This document shows, piece after piece, positions 38,375 to 52,500 of a stretch of DNA of 64,000 nt. The stretch covers positions 7,440,001 to 7,504,000 of the forward strand of contig JBHGNT010000011.1 in assembly GCA_043228905.1 (NCBI GenBank). The letters run 5' to 3'. Made by a program: the position numbers and the translations under genes. Within the stretch, counting starts at the first letter, position 1. Each line of letters opens with the position of its first letter. Source of the DNA: Azolla caroliniana. Lineage: Eukaryota; Plantae; Polypodiophyta. A model generated the notes under the pieces. The model made no database searches, was not told the DNA's origin, and saw only the letters and a list, made by a program, of their open reading frames with translations.

Positions 38375-41320
38375 CTTATCCACGCCGCTAATAACTCTTC
38401 TCGGCCCATCTCGTTCTCCCACGGTATGGCTACCCATTAGGCGATCGTCCTTTCGATGGGCATTACCAGCTTTTGTCCATACATAAGCTCCGTCGGCATA
38501 TACCCTATCACCGAGCTATGTGTCGTTCTGTCGGCCCACAAGGCATAGGGTAATAGTCGTGGCCAATTCCCGACTCGACCATTGCATGCCCGTACGATGG
38601 CTTTGACGATAGGTCCATGCCCTCGCTCGATCTTCCCATTCGCTTCTGGATTGTAGGCAGTCATGAGGGAGAGCTTCACGCCTAGTCATTCGAAGAGCTT
38701 CGTCGCTTCGTGCGCATCGAACTCCCCCTGATCGACCACTATCTTCCCCACACATCTGTATCGGCAAACAACCTCTTCAAGTAGAAATTTGCAAATGGCT
38801 GAAGTCGTCTTATTTGTCAAGGCTTGTCCTTCCACTTGATTTGTCAAGTCTTCCCTTGCCAGCACTAAGTACTTCATTTGTCCCACTCCCATTGGCATCG
38901 AGACCAAATCCACCATCCATTTGAAGTGTATGGTGAGTGGGTATGTCGGCCGTAACTCATCACAATGACGTATATTTGAATATATTTGGCAAGTTTTGCA
39001 TGTGGACACGAAATGGAGTACATCTTTGTACATGCTTGGCCACCAGTACTTCTCCTTCAACTTTTTGAACGTCGCCCATGTTCCTCTATGACCTGCCCAA
39101 GCACTCTCGTGGAATTCAGTCATCAGCGTCTCTTGCTCTTCTTTCTTCACCACCACTCGACGTGGTATTCCTGTCCTTCTTTTTGATGTCACCAAAGGAA
39201 TCCTCCCTTCAAGAAGTATTGGTAAGCTTTCTTCTGGATTCGTAGGGTCTCCTCCTTTGTCAACGAAGCATCTGCCGTCAATGTTCTTAGGAATCTACCG
39301 ATCAGTAACCACTCTCCTTCGTACTCGTTCTCATTGAAGGTGTGGAGAGTTTGCGTGTCCTGGTCTTCCGCCGATAATCGAGCCATCTTGAAGAAGTCAA
39401 GGGTGACATCTTCATCTTCCGAAACCATGTCACTTCCATTTTCAAATCTTTCCCTCGACAGCATGTCAGCCATGGCGTTCTTCTTCCCTGCAATGTGACG
39501 GATCTTTGGGTTTAAAGACTTGATGTCGGCGATCCACCTTAGCATAGCAAGATCTAGGGTCGCACATCTCGAGACCATTCCGAGAATTGGGAGAGAATCT
39601 GTCTCTATTATCATTTCCGACCCGATTAGGTAATCTTTGTCTGTCTTCACTGCGGACACAATACCCCAAAGTTCCCACTTGACTTGGGCATATCTTTGTT
39701 GCCGTTCGCTGAGAATCTTTGCTCCGAACCGGACGACATATCGCGCATTATCTTCTCCTTCTTGATTGATGACCCACCCGATTCCGGTTGGGCTCGTATC
39801 TATGGTCATGTAAATCGGCTTCCCTTCGGCATAGTCAGCCTTCCTTAGTGCCGGAGCTTCAAGAAGTAGTTTCTTCAATCTTCGCATCGCATTTGTGTGC
39901 TCATCTCGCCATTCGAACTTCATTCTTTTCTTTAGTAGTCCATATAACGGTTTGGCGATATGAGCGTAGTGCGGAATCCAGATATGATAAAATGCGCATG
40001 CTCCAAGGAACCTTCTAACCTCCGTTTGGTTTTCGCATTCTTCTTTCATGTCTTGGATCGCGTTCACTTTGTATGGCGATGGCTTCTGGCTGTATGCCCC
40101 ACACAAGTGACCTACCACCAAGATCTCCGGTTGCCCGAATGCAGATTTTTCTCCCGAAAATTTCAAATTTGCATCTTCAAGCCTTTGAAGCACCTTCTCG
40201 CAATCTTTCATATGATCTGCAATGAACTTTCTACAACCTTCCTTATCTTTCGATTCATCTTTCTCCTCATTCGAACATCCTTTTATCAGAATATCATCCA
40301 AGAATGGCATCGTGATGTCCGGGATGCAATCCTTCAAGACTTTATTCATGGCATTCACCATATGATCCATCGAGTTCGTTGCGCCTTGGGGTAAGGTACA
40401 CATCCGCACAAGCCCGATCGGAGTCCTCATGGTTGTAATGTCCCGACTGTCAATCGCCAATTGGAATTGGTCATATCCGAAGTAGAGATCGCCAATGGAG
40501 TAGATGGACCAGCCCGCAAACGCTTCGGCAAATTCATCCACGCTTGGATCGATTCCGGCATTTCGAATTGTCACCTTGTTAACGGGTTGATCCATTCTTC
40601 TTCAGCACCGTGAACCACCTATTGGAATAAGGAGCATTCAACGGTTCTAGAATTCCCATACTCACCTTCTCCTTTAAGAGCTCGATCAGCTTCGGAAGGT
40701 GTGCTCTCGGAACCGGTATCGGTTTCAAATTCCAAGGCACATGAGGCACCGTGAAGATCACCATCGGCTCTATCACCATGAGGCACATCCGATTTCTCGT
40801 GGGAAGAATGCGAAAGCCTTCCCATGTCTCTCAAGCATATCGTGAAACATTCGCTCCTCTTCAGGGAGAAGGAAATCCTCCTTTCCAACTCGTAGCTTCC
40901 CCTTCGTCTCTTTGGTGAAGACATGACCTATCGTCTTCGGATCTCTTAAGCTTGGATCGTTAGCGACTTCCTTCATCTTTTGCCAGCTATCTTCCGGTAG
41001 CGGAACCGCAACTGGCTTGATCTTCTTATCCACCATTTTATATTTCGTGTTGATGTCAGCTTCCTGCATTGAGATGCCACGATGGTTTTCATCGATGATA
41101 GCATACATGTTGACAGAGTTAACCGAAATCATGTAATGATCGTGAAGATAGCTCAAGTCCACGACTTCCTCGATTTCACCGATGGTGTCGTTAAATGAGG
41201 TTTCTTCCATAATATGAGTCACGAACTCTCCTTCTTCTATTATGTTTTCTTCTTTTAGCATCTTCTCGAATTCTTGTCCTTCTTGTCGGGTAGTACTACT
41301 CTACAAGAGCCACTAGGTGT

Positions 41321-41695
41321 TGTAAACGATTACTTGCGGAAGCGTTAGAAAACAGAGAAAGTAGGGAATACATAGAGTACACAGGAGAGACAGAGACAAC
41401 AGAACGTAAAAGCTATATTCAAAATGATATAATCAATCTGTCACTTACAACTGTGCTTAGTAGCACTATTTATACAAGTCCTCATGGGATTGACAGAAGT
41501 ATCGCGTACTTCAATGCTCACACGAGCTTCTAACACTTACTACGAGACTATAATTGCCTAGTAGTCTAAACTAATACTAGGCTTCCGGTTACCGATTGGA
41601 TCCAGCTAACCGGCTCCCCAGCTCACTGGCTCTGTTGCTTGCCGGCTCGGTTGCTCACGGCTTACCGATCCGTCTCGCTTGCCGGGTCAGGCTTA
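41321..41695 (-). repeat. Partial LTR of a Copia A-family element (A3)
   Basis: Homologous to A1/A2 LTRs (TATACAAGTCCT, TACTTCAATGCTCA); interrupted by Copia B. Confidence 0.75.
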
Positions 41696-44600
41696 TGTTG
41701 GGAGACAGGTCCCTCCAGATGGGAAGGGAGAAGAACAATGCTGACGAACAAACTCGGCCGAGGCCGATAGGCCCGGTATGAACCGGATGAGGAGTACCCG
41801 GCTACGGAGAGCCGGATGGTGCAGGCCCGGTATGAACCGGATGAGGAGTACCCGGCTACGGAGAGCCGGATGGTGCAGGCCCGGTATGAACCGGATGAGG
41901 AGGTACCCGACTACGGAGAGTCGGATGGTACAGACCCGGTGAGAACCGGATGAAGAGACATATTCGTAAATATGTTTCTGAAAGCCCATCGAGGCTACAT
42001 TTGTAAATAGCCGAAAAGTCATATTAGTATAAATATGACTTAGGGAAAACTTTTAGTTATGGCTGTTGTCATTTTTCTTTTGTTGGTGCAAGAAGAAGAG
42101 AGAGCATGTAATAGTGTACAGAGAGAGTGAGAGAGAGAAAGAGGTCGTTGCCTCTGTTGTAACCGCCGCCTGTGGCGAAGATTGTGAGCACGAGGTCGTT
42201 GCCTCCGTGGACTCACTGTTTTTGTACATTCTTACATAGTGACAGTTTGCAGCCTGTGGACTGCCGTGGTTTTTCCCCTAGTTTGGGGTTTTCCACGTAA
42301 ACCTCCTGTGTAGTGTGTGTGTATCTCCTCTCACTTCGTGTCGTGCATTTGTTTCCCGTTTTCTGCGTATAAAAAGAAGCTCGGTTGTGGCCGAGCCTTG
42401 CGCATAAGGAACGTTGGGTTCTTGTCAAGTGGTATCAGAGCGAAATCGACACAGAAAATGGACGAATCGTTTGGCGGCATGTTCAAGCTCACCGGCTCCA
42501 ACTATTCAGTGTGGAAGTCGAAGATGAGGGACATGCTCGTTGTTAAAGACCTCTGGTTGCCGGTTCAATTCGGGGACAAGAGACCGGACAAAATCAACGC
42601 CGCGATATGGGAGGTGATGCACATGAAGACAACGGCGTACATACGGTGCTTCATCGACATGAGCCTGTACAACAACTTCAATGAAGAGAGCAAGGCTCAT
42701 GAGCTCTGGGAGAAGATCGGCATAATGTTCCAAAACAAAAATGTTGTTAATCAGGTTTCGGTATTCCGGAAGCTAGTAAGACTCCGGTACCAAGATGGCT
42801 CCAGCATGGCGGAGCATATGAATGCCTTCTAGGGGTTGATACACCAGGCAACTTCACTGGAAGTACCTCTCGTGGATGAGGTACTAGCGCTGCTCCTGCT
42901 CGGTTTCCTCCCGGATAGCTGGGAGACGTTGGTTGTCACATTGGGCAACGCCGGGCCGGAAGGAAAACGGTTATCCCTAGCAAGAGTAAAGTCGAGCTTG
43001 CTAGCTGACGAGGCGCGTCGGAAAGACAAAGATACGAGCTCCGACTCCAAAGCGCTTCTTACCGAATCGGAATGTGGAAGACATAGAAACCGTAGTCCCC
43101 AGAACTGGGAGAAGTCGGGGACACGGTCAAAGTCAAGGGGGAGGCCTACTTGCTTCTATTGTGGCAAGCCGGGACACTTCCAAAAGAACTGTCGGCATTT
43201 CCGTAAAGACAAGGAAACCGATGGTACCGATTCGAAGCAAACCCCGGACCGAACGGTAAAGACCGGAATGGTAAAGACCGGAAGGGGACGGACTGGAAGG
43301 GAACGACGGCAATCACGGCAAGCGAAGAAGAGTTGATGCTCATCACCGAGGAGAGTGAAATAAACCTTGCCGGGTAGACTCCGGAGCGTCGTTCCACCTT
43401 ACCCCGGACCGGAAATGCTTCTCATCCTATTGAACCGGTGATCACGGCTGTGTCCGGATGGGGAATGAAGGAACATGCCGAATTGTCGGCATAGGAGACG
43501 TGTGGCTGACAACACCAACCGGATGCAAGTTGCTGCTGAAGGATGTCCGACACGTTCCGGAAGTTCGTCTGAACCTGATATCAGCCGGTCGGCTAGATGA
43601 TGAAGGCTACACAGGTAGCATCCGAAATGGTGTCATGAAGTTCAGGAAAGGGAGCCTGATTGTGGCTCGGGCCCGGAAGGTAAACACGTTGTACCTCATG
43701 AATGCCCGATTATGCCCGGAAGAAGTGAACGTGGCATCCGACACTGCCGGTGAGCTGTGGCACAAGAGGCTGTGTCACATGAGTGAGAACGGGATGAAGA
43801 AGCTTGCAAACGACAACCTCATTCCAGTGAAGAACGTGCACTTAGAGAAGTGCACTGATTGTCTGGCCGGTAAGCAAAACCGGACCTCCTTCCGACCAAG
43901 GCCACCGATGAGACGTAATGCACCACTGGAGTTGGTGCATACGGATGTGTGTCAAGTAGACACGAACTCACATGCCGTTCATAGATGACCACAGCCGGAA
44001 GCTGTGGGCCACACCGTTCATAGATGACCACAGCCGGAAGCTGTGGGCCACACCGTTGAAGACAAAGGATCAGGTGTTATCCATCTTCAAAGAGCTCCAC
44101 GCGAGAGTGGAAAGAGAAACCGGCCGGAAGCTGAAGGCAATTCGAACAGATAACGGAGGAGAGTACCGGGGGCAGTTCGAGGAGTACTGCCGCTCGAAGG
44201 GAATCCGGCTCGAATTTACCATGCCGAAGAGGCCGGAACTAAACGGATTGGCCGAGAGGATGAACCGGACCATAATGGAGAGGGTCCGGAGTATGCTAGC
44301 GCATGCAAAAACTACCCAAGAAGTTTTGGGCTGAGGCACTATCGACGGCAACATATGTGATAAACAGATCACCCTCAGTACCCTTGGACGGAGACACGCC
44401 ACGGAGAGTATGGACCGGTAAGGAAGTGTGCTACCGGCATCTGAGGGTGTTCGGGTGTCTCGCGTACGTGCATGTAGCAAAGGACCGGAGAGGAAAGTTA
44501 GATCCAAAGACCCGGCCATGCATACTCCTCGGTTACGGTGACGATGAGTTCGGCTACCGAGTGTGGGACCCGGTCGACAAGAAGGTATTCCGGAGTCGAG

Positions 44601-46550
44601 ATATTATCTTCATGGAGGACAAGACGCTCGCCGACTGGGAGTCGGAGAAGAAGATAATGAACTCCGAGTCGACCGGTAAGGATAGACTCTACGATGAGCA
44701 GACCCAACCGGCAAGAGACCGGTTAGCACTCGAGGAACTAGCCGGTTACGGTGAGGATACCGAACCGGCAGAAGAAGAAGTAGAGGAAGCTGAGACCGGA
44801 ACCGGTCAAGACCCCGAATCGGATTCGGATGAAGAGCAAATGGAGGAGCCGGTTACCGAAGCCCGAAGACGTAGATATCCTCTCAGAGAGAGAAGGGCGC
44901 CCCGGAGATTTCCGGATGCAGAGCATGTTCTGCTGACCGATGAGGGGGAGCCGGAAAGCTTCAAAGAAGCGAAGGAAGACACCCACAACCGAAAATGGTG
45001 AAGTGCCATGCAGGATGAGATGGATTCCCTGTATGAGAACCATACATACGAATTGGTGGAGCTGCCGAAAGGAAAGCGGGCACTCCGAAACAAGTGGGTG
45101 TACAAGTTGAAACCGGGATATGCCGGCAACCCCCCGAGATACAAAGCCAGGATCGTGGTGAAGGGGTTCCAGTAGACGAAGGGCGTGGACTTCGACGAGA
45201 TATTTGCCCCGGTAGTAAAGATGACCTCCATCCGGACGGTGCTGAGTATAACAGTAAGCATGGACCTCGAGGTAGAGCAGCTGGACGTGAAGACGACATT
45301 CCTTCACGGCGACCTCAAAGAGAAGATCTACATGGAGCAACCGGAAGGATTCGTGGAGAAAGGGAAGGAGCACCTGGTATGCCGGTTGAAGAAGAGCCTG
45401 TACGGACTAAAGCAGGCTCCCCGACAATGGTACCGGAAGTTCGACTCCTTCATGACCGATCAAGGGTACCACAAGACGCAGGCCGATCACTGCGTGTTTG
45501 TGAAGAAGTTCGAAGGAGGGGACTTCCTGATACTCCTCCTGTACGTGGATGACATGTTGATCATCGGACGGGACCAAGTCAAAATACGGATGCTGAAGAA
45601 GGCTCTCAACCGGACCTTCTCAATGAAAGACTTGGGTCCGGCAAGACAGATGTTGGGGATGCACATCATTCGGGACCGGTCAGTGAAGCAATTATGGTTG
45701 TCACAGGAGAAGTATGTGACAAAGGTGCTTCACCGGTTCAACATGTCAGAAGCGAAACCGGTCGGATCGACACTTCCGGCGAACTGTAGGCTATCCGGCA
45801 AGCAAAGCCCGAAGACGAAAGCAGAAAAGGCGGATATAATGAAGATTCCATATGCCTCTGCCGTCGGGAGCTTGATGTACGCAATGGTGTGTACCTGACC
45901 GGATATAGGATACGCAGTCGGAGTGGTGAGCCGGTTCATGAGTAATCCCGGCAAGGAGCACTGGAACGCGGTCAAATGGATACTCCGGTATTTGAAGGGC
46001 ACTTCAAATATGTGTCTCCGATTCGGCTCCAGAAAACCTCAACTGGACGGTTTCACCGATTCGGACATGTCGGCTGATGTGGATACCAGCCGGTCTACAT
46101 CCGGGTATGTAATGACATATGCAGGGGGAGCTGTTTCGTGGCAATCGAGGCTGCAGAAGACGGTTGCATTGTCAACCACGGAGGCGGAGTACATGGCGGC
46201 TGTGGAAGCCGGCAAGGAAATTTTATGGATGAAGGACTTCATCGGAGAGCTCGGTATACGGCAAGAGGAATACCGACTCTATTGCGACAGTCAAAGTGCC
46301 ATCCACCTTGCTAAAAATGCGGCCTACCATTCCCGGACGAAGCATATCCAGCGGAGGTATAACTGGATCCGGGAAAGAGTAGATGACCAGGAGTTCACAC
46401 TGACGAAGATCCACACGGCCGAGAACGGGTCAGATATGCTGACCAAAGTGCTGACACCCGACAAGCTGGATGCATGCCGGAAGAGAATCGGACTGGTAAG
46501 ACACCCCATGTCGGAGTGAAGGGGGAGTTTGTTGGGAGACAGGTCCCTCC
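41696..46550 (+). mobile_element. Copia B, degenerate; 5' LTR 41696-42427, 3' LTR starts 46530 and is interrupted after 21 bp
   Basis: PBS 42430-42441, gag-pol 42458-46519 with stops, PPT GAAGGGGGAG; LTR resumes at 63125-63152. Confidence 0.93.
42458..46519 (+). pseudogene. Copia B gag-pol, multiple stops and frameshifts
   Basis: ORFs 42317-42832, 42836-43336, 43458-43988, 43972-44334, 44303-45001, 45185-45898, 45923-46519. Confidence 0.92.
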
Positions 46551-49500
46551 TGTTGGGATTACGGTCCCTTCGGATGGGATGGTCGGATGTCGGAGATGAA
46601 TGCCGACAAGCCCGGTTTCGGTTCGGAACCGGATGATGAAGACCCCGACTTCGGAGCCGGATGACGAATGTACCCGGAGAGAGATCCGGATGCGGGGACA
46701 TATCTGTGAATATGTTTGCCAAGGGCCTTTAAGGCTATAGTTGTAAATAGCCCTAAAGTCATATGTGTATAAATATGACTTAGGGCAAACAGTTTTGTTG
46801 TTGCTACTTATTTTTCTGTTTTTCCACTCAAGAGGAGTGAAGGGAGAGAGAGCAGCCGTGAGAGAGATAGAGCGTGAGAAAGGAAGAGGTCGACGCCTCT
46901 GTGTAATCCTGCCGCCTGTGGCGAGGACAACGAGCTCAAGGTCGTCGCCTTGCAGCTCGCCGTTGTACATTTCTCTGTGCATAGTTTTGGTTTGGAGTCT
47001 TGTACTCCCGTGGTTTTTTCCCGTACAAGGTTTTCCACGTTAAATCGTGTGTCCACTCTATTTTTCGCATTTCCCCTTTTTTCTGCAACAACGATTCGTG
47101 CGTTCCCTTGGTTGTGGCCGAGAGGTGAAGTTTGGAAAGTGTGATTAATTTCCATCAATTTGGTATCAGAGCGAGTTGCTGCAGAAAATGGAAGGCGGCG
47201 GCAGCGGGCAGCCGGGGATGATGGTGCTGAATGCGCAGAATTACGCCGACTGGAAGATCAAGATGGAGGATCTTCTGATTGTTCGGGACCTGTACGAAGC
47301 ATATCCAGCGGAGGTATAACTGGATCCGGGAAAGAGTAGATGACCAGGAGTTCACACTGACGAAGATCCACACGGCCGAGAACGGGTCAGATATGCTGAC
47401 CAAAGTGCTGACACCCGACAAGCTGGATGCATGCCGGAAGAGAATCGGACTGGTAAGACACCCCATGTCGGAGTGAAGGGGGAGTTTGTTGGGAGACAGG
47501 TCCCTCCTGTTGGGATTACGGTCCCTTCGGATGGGATGGTCAGATGTCGGAGATGAATGCCGACAAGCCCGGTTTCGGTTCGGAACCGGATGATGAAGAC
47601 CCCGACTTCGGAGCCGGATGACGAATGTACCCGGAGAGAGATCCGGATGCGGGGACATATCTGTGAATATGTTTGCCAAGGGCCTTTAAGGCTATAGTTG
47701 TAAATAGCCCTAAAGTCATATGTGTATAAATATGACTTAGGGCAAACAGTTTTGTTGTTGCTACTTATTTTTCTGTTTTTCCACTCAAGAGGAGTGAAGG
47801 GAGAGAGAGCAGCCGTGAGAGAGATAGAGCGTGAGAAAGGAAGAGGTCGACGCCTCTGTGTAATCCTGCCGCCTGTGGCGAGGACAACGAGCTCAAGGTC
47901 ATCGCCTTGCAGCTCGCCGTTGTACATTTCTCTGTGCATAGTTTTGGTTTGGAGTCTTGTACTCCCGTGGTTTTTTCCCGTACAAGGTTTTCCACGTTAA
48001 ATCGTGTGTCCACTCTATTTTTCGCATTTCCCCTTTTTTCTGCAACAACGATTCGTGCGTTCCCTTGGTTGTGGCCGAGAGGTGAAGTTTGGAAAGTGTG
48101 ATTAATTTCCATCAATTTGGTATCAGAGCGAGTTGCTGCAGAAAATGGAAGGCGGCGGCAGCGGGCAGCCGAGGATGATGGTGCTGAATGCGCAGAATTA
48201 CGCCGACTGGAAGATCAAGATGGAGGATCTTCTGATTGTTCGGGACCTGTACGAAGCATATCCAGCGGAGGTATAACTGGATCCGGGAAAGAGTAGATGA
48301 CCAGGAGTTCACACTGACGAAGATCCACACGGCCGAGAACGGGTCAGATATGCTGACCAAAGTGCTGACACCCGACAAGCTGGATGCATGCCGGAAGAGA
48401 ATCGGACTGGTAAGACACCCCATGTCGGAGTGAAGGGGGAGTTTGTTGGGAGACAGGTCCCTCCTGTTGGGATTACGGTCCCTTCGGATGGGATGGTCGG
48501 ATGTCGGAGATGAATGCCGACAAGCCCGGTTTCGGTTCGGAACCGGATGATGAAGACCCCGACTTCGGAGCCGGATGACGAATGTACCCGGAGAGAGATC
48601 CGGATGCGGGGACATATCTGTGAATATGTTTGCCAAGGGCCTTTAAGGCTATAGTTGTAAATAGCCCTAAAGTCATATGTGTATAAATATGACTTAGGGC
48701 AAACAGTTTTGTTGTTGCTACTTATTTTTCTGTTTTTCCACTCAAGAGGAGTGAAGGGAGAGAGAGCAGCCGTGAGAGAGATAGAGCGTGAGAAAGGAAG
48801 AGGTCGACGCCTCTGTGTAATCCTGCCGCCTGTGGCGAGGACAACGAGCTCAAGGTCGTCGCCTTGCAGCTCGCCGTTGTACATTTCTCTGTGCATAGTT
48901 TTGGTTTGGAGTCTTGTACTCCCGTGGTTTTTTCCCGTACAAGGTTTTCCACGTTAAATCGTGTGTCCACTCTATTTTTCGCATTTCCCCTTTTTTCTGC
49001 AACAACGATTCGTGCGTTCCCTTGGTTGTGGCCGAGAGGTGAAGTTTGGAAAGTGTGATTAATTTCCATCAATTTGGTATCAGAGCGAGTTGCTGCAGAA
49101 AATGGAAGGCGGCGGCAGCGGGCAGCCGGGGATGATGGTGCTGAATGCGCAGAATTACGCCGACTGGAAGATCAAGATGGAGGATCTTCTGATTGTTCGG
49201 GACCTGTACGAAGCATATCCAGCGGAGGTATAACTGGATCCGGGAAAGAGTAGATGACCAGGAGTTCACACTGACGAAGATCCACACGGCCGAGAACGGG
49301 TCAGATATGCTGACCAAAGTGCTGACACCCGACAAGCTGGATGCATGCCGGAAGAGAATCGGACTGGTAAGACACCCCATGTCGGAGTGAAGGGGGAGTT
49401 TGTTGGGAGACAGGTCCCTCCTGTTGGGATTACGGTCCCTTCGGATGGGATGGTCAGATGTCGGAGATGAATGCCGACAAGCCCGGTTTCGGTTCGGAAC

Positions 49501-52500
49501 CGGATGATGAAGACCCCGACTTCGGAGCCGGATGACGAATGTACCCGGAGAGAGATCCGGATGCGGGGACATATCTGTGAATATGTTTGCCAAGGGCCTT
49601 TAAGGCTATAGTTGTAAATAGCCCTAAAGTCATATGTGTATAAATATGACTTAGGGCAAACAGTTTTGTTGTTGCTACTTATTTTTCTGTTTTTCCACTC
49701 AAGAGGAGTGAAGGGAGAGAGAGCAGCCGTGAGAGAGATAGAGCGTGAGAAAGGAAGAGGTCGACGCCTCTGTGTAATCCTGCCGCCTGTGGCGAGGACA
49801 ACGAGCTCAAGGTCATCGCCTTGCAGCTCGCCGTTGTACATTTCTCTGTGCATAGTTTTGGTTTGGAGTCTTGTACTCCCGTGGTTTTTTCCCGTACAAG
49901 GTTTTCCACGTTAAATCGTGTGTCCACTCTATTTTTCGCATTTCCCCTTTTTTCTGCAACAACGATTCGTGCGTTCCCTTGGTTGTGGCCGAGAGGTGAA
50001 GTTTGGAAAGTGTGATTAATTTCCATCAATTTGGTATCAGAGCGAGTTGCTGCAGAAAATGGAAGGCGGCGGCAGCGGGCAGCCGAGGATGATGGTGCTG
50101 AATGCGCAGAATTACGCCGACTGGAAGATCAAGATGGAGGATCTTCTGATTGTTCGGGACCTGTACGAAGCATATCCAGCGGAGGTATAACTGGATCCGG
50201 GAAAGAGTAGATGACCAGGAGTTCACACTGACGAAGATCCACACGGCCGAGAACGGGTCAGATATGCTGACCAAAGTGCTGACACCCGACAAGCTGGATG
50301 CATGCCGGAAGAGAATCGGACTGGTAAGACACCCCATGTCGGAGTGAAGGGGGAGTTTGTTGGGAGACAGGTCCCTCCTGTTGGGATTACGGTCCCTTCG
50401 GATGGGATGGTCGGATGTCGGAGATGAATGCCGACAAGCCCGGTTTCGGTTCGGAACCGGATGATGAAGACCCCGACTTCGGAGCCGGATGACGAATGTA
50501 CCCGGAGAGAGATCCGGATGCGGGGACATATCTGTGAATATGTTTGCCAAGGGCCTTTAAGGCTATAGTTGTAAATAGCCCTAAAGTCATATGTGTATAA
50601 ATATGACTTAGGGCAAACAGTTTTGTTGTTGCTACTTATTTTTCTGTTTTTCCACTCAAGAGGAGTGAAGGGAGAGAGAGCAGCCGTGAGAGAGATAGAG
50701 CGTGAGAAAGGAAGAGGTCGACGCCTCTGTGTAATCCTGCCGCCTGTGGCGAGGACAACGAGCTCAAGGTCGTCGCCTTGCAGCTCGCCGTTGTACATTT
50801 CTCTGTGCATAGTTTTGGTTTGGAGTCTTGTACTCCCGTGGTTTTTTCCCGTACAAGGTTTTCCACGTTAAATCGTGTGTCCACTCTATTTTTCGCATTT
50901 CCCCTTTTTTCTGCAACAACGATTCGTGCGTTCCCTTGGTTGTGGCCGAGAGGTGAAGTTTGGAAAGTGTGATTAATTTCCATCAATTTGGTATCAGAGC
51001 GAGTTGCTGCAGAAAATGGAAGGCGGCGGCAGCGGGCAGCCGGGGATGATGGTGCTGAATGCGCAGAATTACGCCGACTGGAAGATCAAGATGGAGGATC
51101 TTCTGATTGTTCGGGACCTGTACGAAGCATATCCAGCGGAGGTATAACTGGATCCGGGAAAGAGTAGATGACCAGGAGTTCACACTGACGAAGATCCACA
51201 CGGCCGAGAACGGGTCAGATATGCTGACCAAAGTGCTGACACCCGACAAGCTGGATGCATGCCGGAAGAGAATCGGACTGGTAAGACACCCCATGTCGGA
51301 GTGAAGGGGGAGTTTGTTGGGAGACAGGTCCCTCCTGTTGGGATTACGGTCCCTTCGGATGGGATGGTCAGATGTCGGAGATGAATGCCGACAAGCCCGG
51401 TTTCGGTTCGGAACCGGATGATGAAGACCCCGACTTCGGAGCCGGATGACGAATGTACCCGGAGAGAGATCCGGATGCGGGGACATATCTGTGAATATGT
51501 TTGCCAAGGGCCTTTAAGGCTATAGTTGTAAATAGCCCTAAAGTCATATGTGTATAAATATGACTTAGGGCAAACAGTTTTGTTGTTGCTACTTATTTTT
51601 CTGTTTTTCCACTCAAGAGGAGTGAAGGGAGAGAGAGCAGCCGTGAGAGAGATAGAGCGTGAGAAAGGAAGAGGTCGACGCCTCTGTGTAATCCTGCCGC
51701 CTGTGGCGAGGACAACGAGCTCAAGGTCGTCGCCTTGCAGCTCGCCGTTGTACATTTCTCTGTGCATAGTTTTGGTTTGGAGTCTTGTACTCCCGTGGTT
51801 TTTTCCCGTACAAGGTTTTCCACGTTAAATCGTGTGTCCACTCTATTTTTCGCATTTCCCCTTTTTTCTGCAACAACGATTCGTGCGTTCCCTTGGTTGT
51901 GGCCGAGAGGTGAAGTTTGGAAAGTGTGATTAATTTCCATCAATTTGGTATCAGAGCGAGTTGCTGCAGAAAATGGAAGGCGGCGGCAGCGGGCAGCCGA
52001 GGATGATGGTGCTGAATGCGCAGAATTACGCCGACTGGAAGATCAAGATGGAGGATCTTCTGATTGTTCGGGACCTGTACGAAGCATATCCAGCGGAGGT
52101 ATAACTGGATCCGGGAAAGAGTAGATGACCAGGAGTTCACACTGACGAAGATCCACACGGCCGAGAACGGGTCAGATATGCTGACCAAAGTGCTGACACC
52201 CGACAAGCTGGATGCATGCCGGAAGAGAATCGGACTGGTAAGACACCCCATGTCGGAGTGAAGGGGGAGTTTGTTGGGAGACAGGTCCCTCCTGTTGGGA
52301 TTACGGTCCCTTCGGATGGGATGGTCGGATGTCGGAGATGAATGCCGACAAGCCCGGTTTCGGTTCGGAACCGGATGATGAAGACCCCGACTTCGGAGCC
52401 GGATGACGAATGTACCCGGAGAGAGATCCGGATGCGGGGACATATCTGTGAATATGTTTGCCAAGGGCCTTTAAGGCTATAGTTGTAAATAGCCCTAAAG

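Larger units (their letters stand above)
32264..41320 (-). mobile_element. Gypsy-3 internal region (RT-RH-INT, degenerate), interrupted by Copia A2 and cut at 41320 by Copia A3
   Basis: ORFs 39189-40595 (LPQGATNS, FLDD, IDTS), 38686-39195, 38437-38679, 32336-32692 (WFGPY); continuity across TSD CTTAT. Confidence 0.88.
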
